A stretch of DNA of 58,965 bases, filler included, from Globobulimina sp. (GCA_003354225.1; 10 parts of 10 records of this genome joined end to end with filler, not necessarily neighbours in it); one strand, 5' to 3'; shown: positions 1 to 11,742, numbered from the whole stretch's first letter. The notes: generated by a model from the letters alone, not told the origin. A program made the numbers and translations.

Positions 1-143
1 GGACTGAACACACAAAACTACAGTAAAGTGGGTTTACCGTTTTATGTGAAAAGCGGTTACGGTACATTTGAGCAGAGGACAGAAGATAAAGATATGATTG
101 TTATACTAATTGTTAGCATAGACTATGCTGTCATCACCTATTT

Positions 144-308
144 CAGTGGAGCACTTCTGACCATATCATATGGTACCATTTCAAAATTCACCATTTAGAG
201 GTACCATATGGTACCACATGGGGGCAAGTTTGAAATGGTACCATATGTATATGGTACTGGCTCCATTTATGGTACAGGTACCATATATGGTCACAGAAGT
301 GCTCCCTG
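144..308. mobile_element. 165-bp MITE-like element with imperfect TIRs and 5-bp target-site duplication
   Basis: Left end CAGTGGAGCACTTCTGACCATAT (from 144) pairs imperfectly with right end ATATGGTCACAGAAGTGCTCCCTG (to 308). TATTT flanks both sides (139-143, 309-313). Interior has repeated GGTACCAT/ATGGTACC motifs. Confidence 0.75.
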
Positions 309-341
309 TATTTGAGTTTCAAGAATCAATAGTGTTGTACT

Positions 342-413
342 ACCCTGAATAAGGCAAGTATTACAGTTAAAGAAATATTGCTTTTAATACGTAGCACTTG
401 CCTTATTCAGGGT
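342..413. repeat. 72-bp mini inverted-repeat element
   Basis: ACCCTGAATAAGGCAAGT (342-359) is the exact reverse complement of ACTTGCCTTATTCAGGGT (396-413); no clean TSD. Confidence 0.75.
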
Positions 414-480
414 TAATGCTTCTACTATAAAACATTACAGCACATTTCTAGTAGGTACATAGATAGTTAGTAATCATAGG

Positions 481-969
481 TAGGGAAGGACGTTTGTCGC
501 GATCGCGACAAAACGCGACAAATGCCGCGATTTTTGCCCTTTTCAGCCAAAAAAACCGCGATTTTGCCAATTTTCGGGAAAATGCCGCGATTTTTAGCAT
601 TTTTCGTTGAACTTTTGAAGAAATTGCCCTATTTTTAGCATTTTTTGTTGAAATTTAGAAAAAATCTCATGTATATAACAAATTGTCATTGAGATGTAGG
701 TAGTAAAAATCGAAATTTGTCGAAACTATGAAAAAATAACACAAATACTTCTCTAAACAGCAAAAATGGTTTCCAGTACAACATCTGTTACTTTTTATCT
801 AGGAATGTCGCGATTTTTCGATTTTATGCCGCGATTTTGCCCATTTTTTGCCGCGATTTGCCACGATTTTGACTATTTTTTGCCACGAATTGCCGCGATT
901 TTGCCCATTTTTTTGCCGCGACAAAACGCGATTTATGGAAAAAAATGCCGCGATAAACGTCCTTCCCTA
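481..969. mobile_element. Non-autonomous hAT-superfamily element (MITE), 489 bp
   Basis: 21-bp TIRs with 1 mismatch: TAGGGAAGGACGTTTGTCGCG (481-501) and CGCGATAAACGTCCTTCCCTA (949-969). Perfect 8-bp TSD ATCATAGG (473-480, 970-977). Many subterminal GCCGCGATTTT repeats. TAGGG ends plus an 8-bp TSD are hAT hallmarks. Confidence 0.9.
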
Positions 970-1022
970 ATCATAGGCTCAAGCTTTGAGAAGAGAATGT
1001 ATATAAATAATATAAAATATAC

Positions 1023-4000
1023 CAAAGTAACACCAATTCTTATTTCTTTTTGTAAATTGCCTGTCATTCCACTACTTCCTTTCAAAAAACCCATTCCTCC
1101 ACGCAGGAAACGGGCGGCCGACAAATTTAAGCAATCATCTAATGGGAGAGATTTAGCTCCATTTGAAGATGATGATGATTTTGCTGAAATATAATATGTC
1201 GTTTCAAGTCAAATTTATATACAAGTATAAATGTCAATTCTGTAATATAGTCATATGTTACCATACAAACGTTGTCAAATGTACCAGTAGAAACAAAATA
1301 CTAATTTACGCCAACTTACCAGTCATATTAGCAGGTGTAGCTTTACTGGGATTATGTGCAGTAGAAAGCAAAGTACCCAATAGTTTAGCAACAGAACATA
1401 GCACTTCATAAGTAGAACTTTCGAGAGCTTTGAAACAACTTGATGCTACACTTTCTAATTCATTTGTATATAAAAACGACGCTTCTGGTATCAGGGCTGT
1501 TAAACACTAAAAATGGAAATCATTTAAAATTCGTTTGTGTAGCTAGTTGTGTAGAAATTTAGAAAGTATCGTATCAGACTTAGCAATTTTAAATGCAAAC
1601 ACAAAAAGATGTACATTTGGGTACTACTTCTCGCTGTTGCGGTACAACTCGTTAGAATTCACTCCGAAGTCCGAAGAGGTACCATAGAGTGGATATAACG
1701 GCGAGAAATGTCAAAATGTACAGTTAATCATGGACTATCAGTAATTCCTAATCCATTTATACACTTACAGTAGCAGCAGCAACTCTAACAATCATAACTC
1801 TGTCTGTCATACAAGCTCTAACAGATTTGTAAATATCTTTTTGTACTGAACCACCAGCGGTGCCCAAACCTGTGACCATTTTTCCAAAAGTTAACATTAT
1901 TTCTGTTCTCCCTTGCGACTGAAAATATAAAAATTGTAACAATTAGTAGAATGAAATATATTTTAAATGATACGTCGGCATTTCTTAGTGATTTGACCAA
2001 AAGTTGGGTCGTTTCTTCAAAACTTCTACCGACCATTCTTCCTAATTTCTCATACATGGCACCAATGCAACATATGGCCGCTCTGAAATGATGAATAATG
2101 TTATACAGAATTTAGAAATGAAACAACTGTTTGGTTCAATGATGCAGTAAATCTTTTCTGTCAAATCTTGTTTTAAAATAAAAAAGTTGCAGATTACAAC
2201 AGGCAATACACATTGTATGTCAGCCTCAGTTTTATGTGGTTTATGCTATTTATGCACTATTAGTTACACATCAGTGAACAAAAATGCTGTTTTGATGATG
2301 AAAATGAAAATTGAACATTGATAATGATATCGAATTTCTAATTTCAACAGAGAAACTATTTGAACCGAATTTTGGGCAATTGACGGGTGTTACTAACAAT
2401 ATGAGAGCTAAAACTAGCTTTCTTTCGAAAAACAGTGTTTTCAGAAGGAGTTTTCTGCCTTTCCCAAAAAATTTCCTATGTTTTTCGATATTGTATTGGG
2501 TGCTAAAAACCCAATACCCAATATCGAAAAAAAACCCAATATATTGCTGCACCTCTAAGAGTGGTAACTCAAGATGGCGATTGTGAAGAGCCATATGGAA
2601 ACGTTTACCATATACTGTACACCCCTTCTCGGCGATTGTGAAAATAAGGAGACGTTTAACGGCTAACCGGGGGGTATAGATGCCTCACCCCCGATAAGAA
2701 GGTTTTATTATTTTAGGTACGGTACGGCTACCACTGAGAGTCGGTCGGTGTCACACGGTTTAGACCCCATTATGTAATTGTTGGCTGTTTCTGTTTATAA
2801 GCAGTAAATAGGAATTGCTGGGAGACATACAAATTTTTACATAGGCTTTTCGATGGATTGATGCCCTCCTAAAATGGTCACTTCAATCAATCCGACACAA
2901 TTCCTTTTTTGCGGACACCTTTAATCTGCCGAAGGTGCCTATATCTAATTCAATATTCCGTTTGTGTATAACGACTATTTTTTATGAAAAACCTAGTTTT
3001 AAACTACTGTAGATGTAACTGAACTTTTAATTTGTTTAAATCTATCGACCGCACACCTATTTTTTTACGTCCGTTCCTTTGGGCTGTTAACTTTTATTGT
3101 TTCAACAACGAGTAATAAATGTATAAATGAAATAAAACAATCAGTTGTTGCTTAGTTACGTGATCTGTTCAATTTAGGCTAAACGATTGTTGGTGTACTT
3201 TAGAGGCAAAAAAACGAAAAAATAGTCATTTTAGCTCCCCCATCGATTTTTTGGCCAATCGGGCAGACATCGAGGGCAATCGGGCAAGGCTTAGGCCCCC
3301 CCAAGCAAGTCGACCAACTACACCTATGGTACTATTAGCATACATACAATATAGTTATTCACGTACCCAGTCCAGGATAATTCAAAGGATATGGTAAACG
3401 ACCAATTTAAGCGAATTACTATAGTGGAGTGGGCCGATCGGGCTGAAATTTTGGTGAAAGTTCGAAGACACATAGGGGAACATTATCTTTCAGTTTTTTG
3501 TCGTCGATCGCGGAATGCCAAATCTTACAATTTCCGAAAAATCGATCCGATCGCCGAAATCCAACTTTTAACCCACTAAAACTAATTCAAAATGATTTAT
3601 AACCATTCCTCCAACTTATTCGAGCCATAAAATCACCAAAATCGCTCCCGATTCGGCCGTGGGATGCCAAATCTCCGAATTTGCGAGAACCGATCGGATC
3701 GCCAAAATAGATAGTTTTATCCATTAAAAGTTGTTGTTCAAAACGATTCTGCGACAAAGCGTTGGAGGTTATACATAGGTACGGCAACACATGAGGGCAA
3801 TTGTCAAGTACCCATCTAGTAGTACCAAATATAGAAACGTTACCATGTTATGGTCTAATGTACCCAACTTCAATTAAATATTAAATTAACTTACAATTTC
3901 GTAGGTAATTGACTTGGTGAGTCATCTTTATTTCTGAGTACATCATTACAAGTGTTTATTATAGAAAATAGAGCAAATGTGTCACCAACAGAGAATAATG

Positions 4001-4404
4001 TTGCCAAGCAACGAGCCAATAATTGTCGCGTAGGAGGACCAGGACCAGCTGTTATTTGAGCTGTCAATTGTTGAACAAGTCGTTCTTGACATCCTTTGAT
4101 ATCGGCCTGAAATAGTTAATAAATGCATACAATACGTGCATATAATATGGCGGTTCCGGTATGCTGGCTAGACCATGATGAGTTACCGTATACCATTCAA
4201 CTGTCATGTATAAGTGTGTCTAGTATGCCAAATGTACATGTATGGTCATGTTAAAATAAACAAGAGACAGAACAATACCTTTTGTGTAGCAGGCAAGATA
4301 CGGTCCAAAAATCGTAACCATTCATGAATGAACAATGGTTTCTGGGCTTCAGGCATTTGACCCAATGCATCTTCATTTAGTACCAAACTATGAGATTGCT
4401 CCAT
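1023..4404 (-). CDS. HEATR5: HEAT repeat-containing protein 5 (HEATR5/Laa1 family), first six coding exons; 3' part off-contig
   Basis: Exons 4404-4279, 4106-3895, 2082-1974, 1918-1769, 1506-1320 and 1183-1023 are GT-AG bounded and phase-compatible. They splice to [37 protein letters not shown]...[24 protein letters not shown]...[30 protein letters not shown]...SQGRTEI...[11 protein letters not shown]...EIRIGVTL, which matches the metazoan HEATR5A/B N-terminus. Confidence 0.93.
3421..3710. repeat. Degenerate CGATCGG-rich repeat cluster, probable transposon remnant in an intron
   Basis: Two diverged ~50-bp copies (GGAATGCCAAATCT...ATCGATCCGATCGCCGAAAT at ~3511-3560 and GGGATGCCAAATCT...ACCGATCGGATCGCCAAAAT at ~3661-3708). 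Element ends not resolved. Confidence 0.4.
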
Positions 4405-4682
4405 TATTATTAATTTTTTAACTAAAATAAATATATATTATTTGCATGAAGAAATTTGCCGAAAACTGAACTAACGTTATCAGAAGTTCGAAAGCGCAAT
4501 ATCAATCAACTACCTATTTTTAGCAGCTCACTAAACATAAAACTTGAAAAACAACAAAACAAAACTCCAGGGTTCTTAGCGATTTTCGGTAGTGGAAAAT
4601 CCTGACTTTCTTGTACAGCTCCAGTCACACAGCGGAGACACCAAGCAGCTGCTAATCGAGCTGGCATACATGGAACGAACGA

Positions 4683-4915
4683 ACGAACGTACCTCCATGC
4701 GAATTTTTAGCCGAATCCGTGCAAGGCGGAAGTCTCAGTCAAAATTCGCCAAAAATTTTCGGTCCAAACACCCCGCGAGCGCCTGTGAATTCCGCCGTGA
4801 ACGAATTTCGCTGAAATTTCGCACAAGTGTACTTGTTGTACGAACGTACCACCATGCGAATTGTTAGCCGAATCCGTGCACAACGGAAGTCTCAGTCAAA
4901 ATTCGCCAAAAAAAT
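4683..4915. repeat. Direct repeat pair (~75 bp, period ~157 bp)
   Basis: ACGAACGTACC..CCATGCGAATT..TAGCCGAATCCGTGCA...CGGAAGTCTCAGTCAAAATTCGCCAAAAA occurs from 4683 and again from 4840. Confidence 0.8.
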
Positions 4916-5131
4916 TCTGAAATTTTTGGTCTATTTTGAATCTGCCGACCGTTTTGGTTAATAATTAGACCCCTTTTAGTCATACAGATAATAAATTTAA
5001 CCGCCTTCGAAATCGCTAAAAAATTGCTAGAAAGAATTTCTAAGTATGTGTATGTAAGTTCTTCTAGCGAAGCTAGAATGGGTTGTCTAGAACTGGTTGC
5101 AATTTCAACAAAAGGGGTTTGTTTGACTTAC

Positions 5132-5473
5132 ATCAAAAGCAGCCCGAAGCACCATCTTTATTCTTTATTCTTCATCATCGCGCATTATGACATCTATACA
5201 ACGTCCCTGGAACGAAAAGAACAAACAAAAACACAGCAAAACTGCTCAACAAAAAATAAAAATGAGCATAAAAATTGACAAAACTAAATGCTTACCGCAG
5301 CTCCATTTCGTATTTTGAATGCTTCTTGCTTTGATTGAATCCTGTAACTAATTTAGAAAAAATAAAAATATCATTTTAATTTTTTGAAAATAAAATAAAA
5401 TAAAACTATTTTATTTGAGGAGTGCGTCATTGCGTCCTACACTTTGATACTGTAGGGCATGTAATTACTCACA
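5132..5473 (-). other. Putative spliced 5' leader exons of HEATR5 carrying a 29-aa uORF
   Basis: Donor GTGAGT at 5472; exon 5341-5296 (TACAG / GTAAG); exon 5206-5132 (TTCCAG / GTAAGT). A TTTTAG acceptor lies 17 nt upstream of the HEATR5 ATG. Confidence 0.45.
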
Positions 5474-5699
5474 TCGCCCAACTACCTGACGCTACATCAC
5501 CGTTCTTGCGTAAATGATAATTAACGACGCAAAAAAGATGAAATGGATACAATAAATTAAATAAAATGCAAATAAAAATAAAATACGACAATAAAATGTA
5601 TTTGATTGTAATAAGTAGTAAAATTAAATCTATTTAAAGTTGTAATTGTCAAAATGTTACTTCAAAATCTGACATTAGAAATTAACACTTTTACATATA

Positions 5700-5823
5700 T
5701 ACAGTAGAGACACTCACAATTACAGTTACAGTACAGTACACTTAACAGTACAGTACAAACAGTACAGCGTGGTACATATAGTACAGTACACTCGGAATTA
5801 CAGTTACATTACAGTACACTCAC
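5700..5823. repeat. Low-complexity TACAG/TACAC simple repeat at contig end
   Basis: Repeated ACAGTAC/TACAGTTAC units running up to the N gap. Confidence 0.6.
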
Positions 5824-5923
5824 NNNNNNNNNNNNNNNNNNNNNNNNNNNNNNNNNNNNNNNNNNNNTTAATTAATTAANNNNNNNNNNNNNNNNNNNNN
5901 NNNNNNNNNNNNNNNNNNNNNNN
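5824..5923. other. Artificial contig linker
   Basis: N44-TTAATTAATTAA-N44; stop codons in all six frames. Confidence 0.99.
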
Positions 5924-7782
5924 CAAGCCACTCTCTCTCGACTCTCCTTTTCCATATAACCGCACATACTGCGCATACAACACATGTTCAAATTCGACAT
6001 CATCATACTCCATATACGGACACCAATACTCTGACTGACAAACAATGAGTGGATCAATCTCCTTTGCATCCAAATAAGTTTCCTCATTCCCCATCAACGG
6101 CACAACACTTTTCCTCTGCCAAAATAACAATTTATCCTCCATAATCTCAACAATATCTCCGTTCTCCTCCTTCACATCCATCATCTCACAGGGATCTGTT
6201 TTCAAATTAAACAAACATCCATCAGCACAGTTTATGTCACCATCGGTATCAGTTTGACTCAATTGCAACACATCACAGCCTAACACATTATGCTGTGGGT
6301 CAGTCATAAATGCATTATTCCAGCCACATTTATACGAATCATCCGACGCATCGCAGGCAGACGCACCGCGAATATACTTCCAATCACCAAATAACAACGC
6401 ACCGCATGACTCATACGGACAATCAGTCTCATCCAAATGTAATAATATCTCTCTATCCAACAAATTCTTATCAATCTCGCCAGTTTGAATCGCATTCCAT
6501 ATATCAGCGCCATCAATTACTATCTTAATACCATCCTCTTCAATATAGTCCCATTTCGTATCCACCGCATCACCATGCAACCTTCTCGATCGCTCATATT
6601 TGAGCTCTAAGCCTGCAGCAGATAGTAAGGTCGGATACCAATCTGTTGCATGCACAGCGAACTCGTCCAATATCTCTCCTCTTCTGTCCTCACGCAAATA
6701 GCCGCCGGTAACAAATGCTGCGACGCGTACGCCACCTTCAAATGGTGTGCCTTTCGCACCGCGTAATGGCGCATTGTCACCGAAATTCATTTCCGCGCCG
6801 TTATCACTGCTGAATACAATCAAAGTATCCTGCCACAGCTCCAATTCTTTCATTCTATTTATAATGAGTTTGATCGCATCGTCGATGGACGTCATTTGAG
6901 CCATATGCATGTCATGACAGCTGCAGTCGCCACTTAAATAGACATCATCTGAGCCATCCTCAGTCAAATAGGGCAACTGCGACTTGATACTATTTATATC
7001 CACTGCTGCATCCCCGGATGGGTCACAATATAATGCCGCATATTCATTGGGTGCTTGCGGCGGGAAATGCGCCGCTTGGAAGGCTAAATAAATGAAAAAA
7101 GGATTGTCGTTTTCATTCACGGTGTCTAATAATGTTAGAAATTTATCTCGCTGTCGGTATACAGAATAATCAGTGTTTGAGTCTGGTTCTTCGTTTTCTC
7201 GCAAATCGTAATATATTAAATCAGTGTCTTTGACATAGGCCAAATGGGAATAATACGTTTCTTCGCCATTATAATAGCCAGAAAATGTATCAAATCCGCG
7301 ATATGTAGGCGTGTATTCCCACGCTTGGAAGCCGAGATGGTATTTTCCAATTAAATGCGTGGAATAGCCGTTGGACTGAAACTCGTTCGATAATAAAGAG
7401 ACTTGCCGAGTTAACGAGAATGGTGCGTTTTGCGTGAATATGCTGTGCTGTAAACCCAAATGTGAGGCATACCGTCCGCTCAACATTTGAGCTCTGTTAT
7501 TTGTGTGTTTTTGTTGGTGTTGATAGTAATATTGTGATAATTGTATGCATGGAGCTACCTGGTCGGGCTGCAAACGAACGAAACATAATTTCGTGAGATC
7601 TGCAATGATTCTGTGTGCACGAGATTGTCGATGAATGGTGTTTGCGTTTGGGTGTTTTGGTTGAACCCAAAATCGTTGAAACCTACGTCGTCGACATAAA
7701 TAAACACGATATTTGGTTGTTGAGCAAATAAAGTGTATAATAAAATGACCAAAATAAGATTAACGGCTTGGATGTTAGACAT
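5924..7782 (-). CDS. Arylsulfatase B-like formylglycine sulfatase (3' end runs off contig)
   Basis: Signal peptide, PNIVFIYVDDVG, CSPTR (CxPxR) joined across a 65-nt intron (7494-7558) to AQMLSGRY, then GKYHLG, SSDNG and LRGAKGTPFEGGVRV. Confidence 0.93.
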
Positions 7783-7849
7783 TCACGTGAGAGTTTTTTA
7801 CTTTGTTCCAAAAACCCGCCTTACTTGGAATATACTATCATATCTAAAA

Positions 7850-9529
7850 ATGAATACACCGATTTGTAAGTTCTACAAACCATACTTTAAATCAGGATGC
7901 CGGTATAAAGATCGCTGTCCTTTTGTACATTTAAATAAAACCCAATACGTTAAATATTGCCAGCTGATCAATGAACAAAATCTCCCAAATTATAACGCTA
8001 AAATAGAATACAACAAATCTTTAAATTTCGCAAAAAAACGCCGATACCGCGAAAGCATAGAAATATTAAAGAAATTATTAATTGATTATCCGTTAAATGA
8101 ACAAATACATGAATTACTCGCTAAATGTTACTGTTCTTCAAAATTGTACTAAAACGAAGCACGGAAAACATTTCAAAAATTAATTTCAATATATCCGTAC
8201 GATCCCATTCATCATAATAATTATTCAATGTTTTTATATCGGAATTATTCCAATTCTGCTGCAAAAAAACATTTTTTAAAATCGTTTGAATTAATAAACA
8301 ACCACGAATCTCCATCGTCGGCCGCTAAAACACATGGCTTATTTGCTAAATATCTGTTTGAAGTCGAGAACGATACACAAAAATCACAGCATCATTACGA
8401 CGTTGCATTGAGATTAAATGATAAAGACGCACAATGTCATTACAATTATGCTGTGTTGCTCTCTGAAATTGGATATCTAAACCATGCTGAATATCATTTT
8501 AAAAAATCTATAGCTACGGATGGAAACAATGGCGCTCCGTTTTTATGGCATCATTTTCAATACGCTCTGTTTCTGAAAAAAAAGATTCAGAAATATGATG
8601 AAGCGGAAAAACAGTTTATAAAATGTTGCCAATTAACAGTAAATTCCAGTATTTATCAACATATTTTATTTGAATATGGCTTATTTCTCGTTGAATGTCT
8701 TTCAAATTACGATTTAGGATTACGTTATTTACAGAAATCCTGTGACAATGGCTACAGTCAAAGATATCTCAGAATTTATACTTACCATAAAAATGTTTTT
8801 GAGACAACGCAAAGACCCATACAACAAACTGAAGAATATGACATATATCACATTGAAGCAAACAACGACGAAAACACAGCAGAAACAAAAGAAGAAACAA
8901 AAGAAGAACGAAAAGAGGAAAGAAAAGAAGAAAACAAAGAAGAAAGAAAAGATAATAAAAATAGGAGCAATATACCATCCTGTTCTGGAGAAGTATGTTT
9001 GCGTTTTTTTGTTGAGTAAAAATACGAAATGTAAATAATATGAATAGTTTCGACGTTTTTTGGAAGATAAGGTTTTTAATAATAGAATTATTGCAAGTGA
9101 TTACTATGCTAAATTTGCAGCTGACTCATTGAATGATATTCGCATTTTAGCTTTGAAAGAGTTTGATGACGAAATATTGAAAGAGTTTGATATTAAAATT
9201 AAAATCCATCGGATGATGTTTATGCAACAAAGAAGAAAGTTTGTCAACGATTGTGAAGCCGTTAAGATTTCCTTTAATTGTTTGTGTGTATATGATATTG
9301 CTATAAATTGTATACTGAACAGTTTGGTCAATGGTTGGGAGATATAAATATGACGGATGAGTATGAGGGTATTTTGAGTGGACATGGCATTCTTACATTT
9401 GAGTCCTTGTATCATTATGTAAATAATTCCAATGATTTGTTATATATTATTGGTCTACAAAATCAATCAGATGCTGAATGTATATGGCATTCAACTCCGA
9501 AAATGTCAAGACATAGTCATAAACAATGA
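7850..9529 (+). CDS. CCCH zinc finger + TPR repeats + two SAM-like domains; one in-frame TAA at 8150-8152
   Basis: C-x10-C-x5-C-x3-H at the N-terminus; TPR motifs (HYNYAVLL...AEYHFKKSI). Introns 8993-9047 and 9261-9322 join SAM-like exons. ORFs 7733-8152 and 8228-9019 share one frame, separated only by the TAA. Confidence 0.7.
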
Positions 9530-10264
9530 TAAATCTATAAATTATATCTTGCAAAGCTTTCTTTCTCAGGCTTCAATTGCCTTTGTTTTGTATTCTCGTT
9601 TTGTGCATTATGTTGCTTAGCTTCACAGCTTTAAAGCAATCCCACTCTTGAGTTTATTTTCCATGATCTTTTAATTGTATACACTTGTTCGATTCCAGAA
9701 TAATAAGTAAGAGGTTCAGTAGCTCAACTGATTCAGTAGCTCAACCAACAATAATATTTGCTTAATTATGATGCAATGTCTTAGGGGTTGTGCAATATAA
9801 GAACAACCCCTTAATACTATCATCGATCCGTAATAATGAACAGATTGCTAAATCAATAAAATCAGGTAATGACGGTGAAGAAAATTAAATGTAGTGTATA
9901 CAATTGCCTCCACAGTAAACGCAATAAATGAAATCAAACATATTTCATCACACATTTCTATCATCACAATTCTTTTTGGTGTCTGATGAATACAAAAGTA
10001 CTGCCAACGAGTGTATGCCCACCAAAATCCTTTGCATTTTCAGATATATTAATATGACTCATAACGAGGAATATTGGTATCTTTTCACTAAACCATTTAA
10101 GATATAAACCGCAAAACCTTATTTTGTACATGTTTTTTTTGTAATATGCTGCAAGTGGCGCATGTAAAGATGATCTCAATTAAAAATAAAAATATTTGAA
10201 TAAAATAAGAAATATCCTCATTCGAAAAATATTTCACCCAAAGAGAGGCAAAATAAAATGCACA

Positions 10265-11641
10265 TTATTCATTTATCGACACTTTGTTTGATTGTTCATG
10301 ATCACAATGGTCAATAACGATTTTAGTTTCAGTCTGTCCTATTTTTGAACCCATTTCTATCCCATCTTCGTCTTCTTGTTCACTTTTTATATCCTCGTTA
10401 ATCTGACCTCCATCATTCATATCTATTTTACATATTTCTTCAACATCTTTGGCCAACAAATGAGAGTAATTGTTATGCGAACACATATTTGTGAGTGTAC
10501 TGTCGCCTCTGTCACCGGTCGATGATGGATCTGTGTCAGATACTGAGAGCTTGCAAAATAAGTAATAAAATTCAGGAATGATCCATAACAAATAAACAAA
10601 AATAATGATAAATGATAAAATTGAATATTGAGCATTTTGATGTATTTGCTCATTAAATAACATTTGGCTCAATGTATACCACGATGCTGCAATTAAGCCG
10701 ATGCAGCACAAGCATACAATCAAAATCATGTAAGACACCATGCCTCCGACATTACTATCAATCGCATAAATCATTTGAATAATTTTATAAATTAACAAGA
10801 TGCAATAAAATATATTCGTAGACCAATGTGATGCGCAAATGGGATAAAAATCTTGTATTTTCTCCATCGGGTCGCGATCGACAGTATCATGCAACTCACC
10901 CATTTTTATGAAATCATGTTGCAATAATTTTACATCGTTGGCTCGATAATACACAATAAAATATACGCCAATCCATATTGAAAAGACCACAAAGTCAGCA
11001 ATCAAACATTTGGCCAACTTATTGGAAACGTTTTCATCTCCTTTATATTGCCCAAACTTTTCCTGTTTCATAAACTTGATAATAATGTTCATCAATTCCG
11101 ATTTGGAGGTAATAAACGCCAAGAAACTAAATGTAAACGCTACACATACAATGATAGGGCTACTGACACACAGCATATCATACCATATTTGATATTCATC
11201 ATAGCCAATATACACATTTGCATTCTTCTGTACACCATATGAAACCATCAAGATGCAATTCAATATTAAACCAATTGTGATGCTCAAATACTCAATTTTG
11301 CCCTCAGCCTTTCTCTTTTTATACGACAAAACCAATGCCAACACACACAGAAAAGCGTAGATTCCGCCCACAATCACTATGGCTTCCACACTAATTCCAA
11401 TCAACGCATCGCTCACTACAATATCAGAGCGAATAGGTTTAGAGCTGCCTGGATATGTAATATGCGCTATTGTGATATTTGCGGAGCCATTGGCAAAATG
11501 GCCAAGATTCCGTATTGTAATATTTGCCCCATTTGCTTCAACAATGCCATACAGCAATAGACCTTTAACTCGCTCACCATCTTTAAATGTAACAGGTCCA
11601 GTAATTCCTATAAACTCTATGCTGTTCATGATCTCATGCAA
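10265..11641 (-). CDS. Class C (GABA-B-like) GPCR, C-terminal part; 5' off-contig
   Basis: FIGITGPVTFKDGER is the typical end of a Venus-flytrap/ANF-receptor domain; about seven hydrophobic helices and an acidic tail follow. Confidence 0.7.
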   Translation of the reverse strand: MHEIMNSIEFIGITGPVTFKDGERVKGLLLYGIVEANGANITIRNLGHFANGSANITIAHITYPGSSKPIRSDIVVSDALIGISVEAIVIVGGIYAFLCVLALVLSYKKRKAEGKIEYLSITIGLILNCILMVSYGVQKNANVYIGYDEYQIWYDMLCVSSPIIVCVAFTFSFLAFITSKSELMNIIIKFMKQEKFGQYKGDENVSNKLAKCLIADFVVFSIWIGVYFIVYYRANDVKLLQHDFIKMGELHDTVDRDPMEKIQDFYPICASHWSTNIFYCILLIYKIIQMIYAIDSNVGGMVSYMILIVCLCCIGLIAASWYTLSQMLFNEQIHQNAQYSILSFIIIFVYLLWIIPEFYYLFCKLSVSDTDPSSTGDRGDSTLTNMCSHNNYSHLLAKDVEEICKIDMNDGGQINEDIKSEQEDEDGIEMGSKIGQTETKIVIDHCDHEQSNKVSINE

Positions 11642-11742
11642 ACTGTTGCTAATGTTCTCTGTATATGCATCAAAATTGGAGAATATTGCAAAATAAAATG
11701 ATAATAAATATATACAGATACTGTACCTAAGACATTACAGTC

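Noticed and set aside
481-969. GCCGCGATTTT repeats as a CRISPR-like array
   Set aside because: Units are short and irregularly spaced, lie inside TIRs with a TSD, and there are no cas genes.
766-1194. 142-aa + strand ORF
   Set aside because: Spans the MITE subterminal repeats and the antisense of a HEATR5 exon; spurious.
1492-1507. CAGGGCTGTTAAACAC as a hAT-like terminal repeat
   Set aside because: It is the start of HEATR5 exon 5 on the minus strand, and I found no partner end.
2481-2556. Hairpin (TTTTCGATATTG...CAATATCGAAAA) as ncRNA or terminator
   Set aside because: Intronic and ends in a hAT-like ...CACCTCTA terminus; more likely a truncated MITE end. No matching left end found.
8150-8152. 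Ciliate-type genetic code (TAA = Gln)
   Set aside because: Many long AT-rich ORFs in the same and neighbouring contigs have no internal TAA/TAG, and several genes end in TAA.
9714-9812. TTCAGTAGCTCAAC x2 and AGGGGTTGT/ACAACCCCT stem as a tRNA-like gene
   Set aside because: No cloverleaf or T-loop consensus; only a short duplication and a 9-bp stem.
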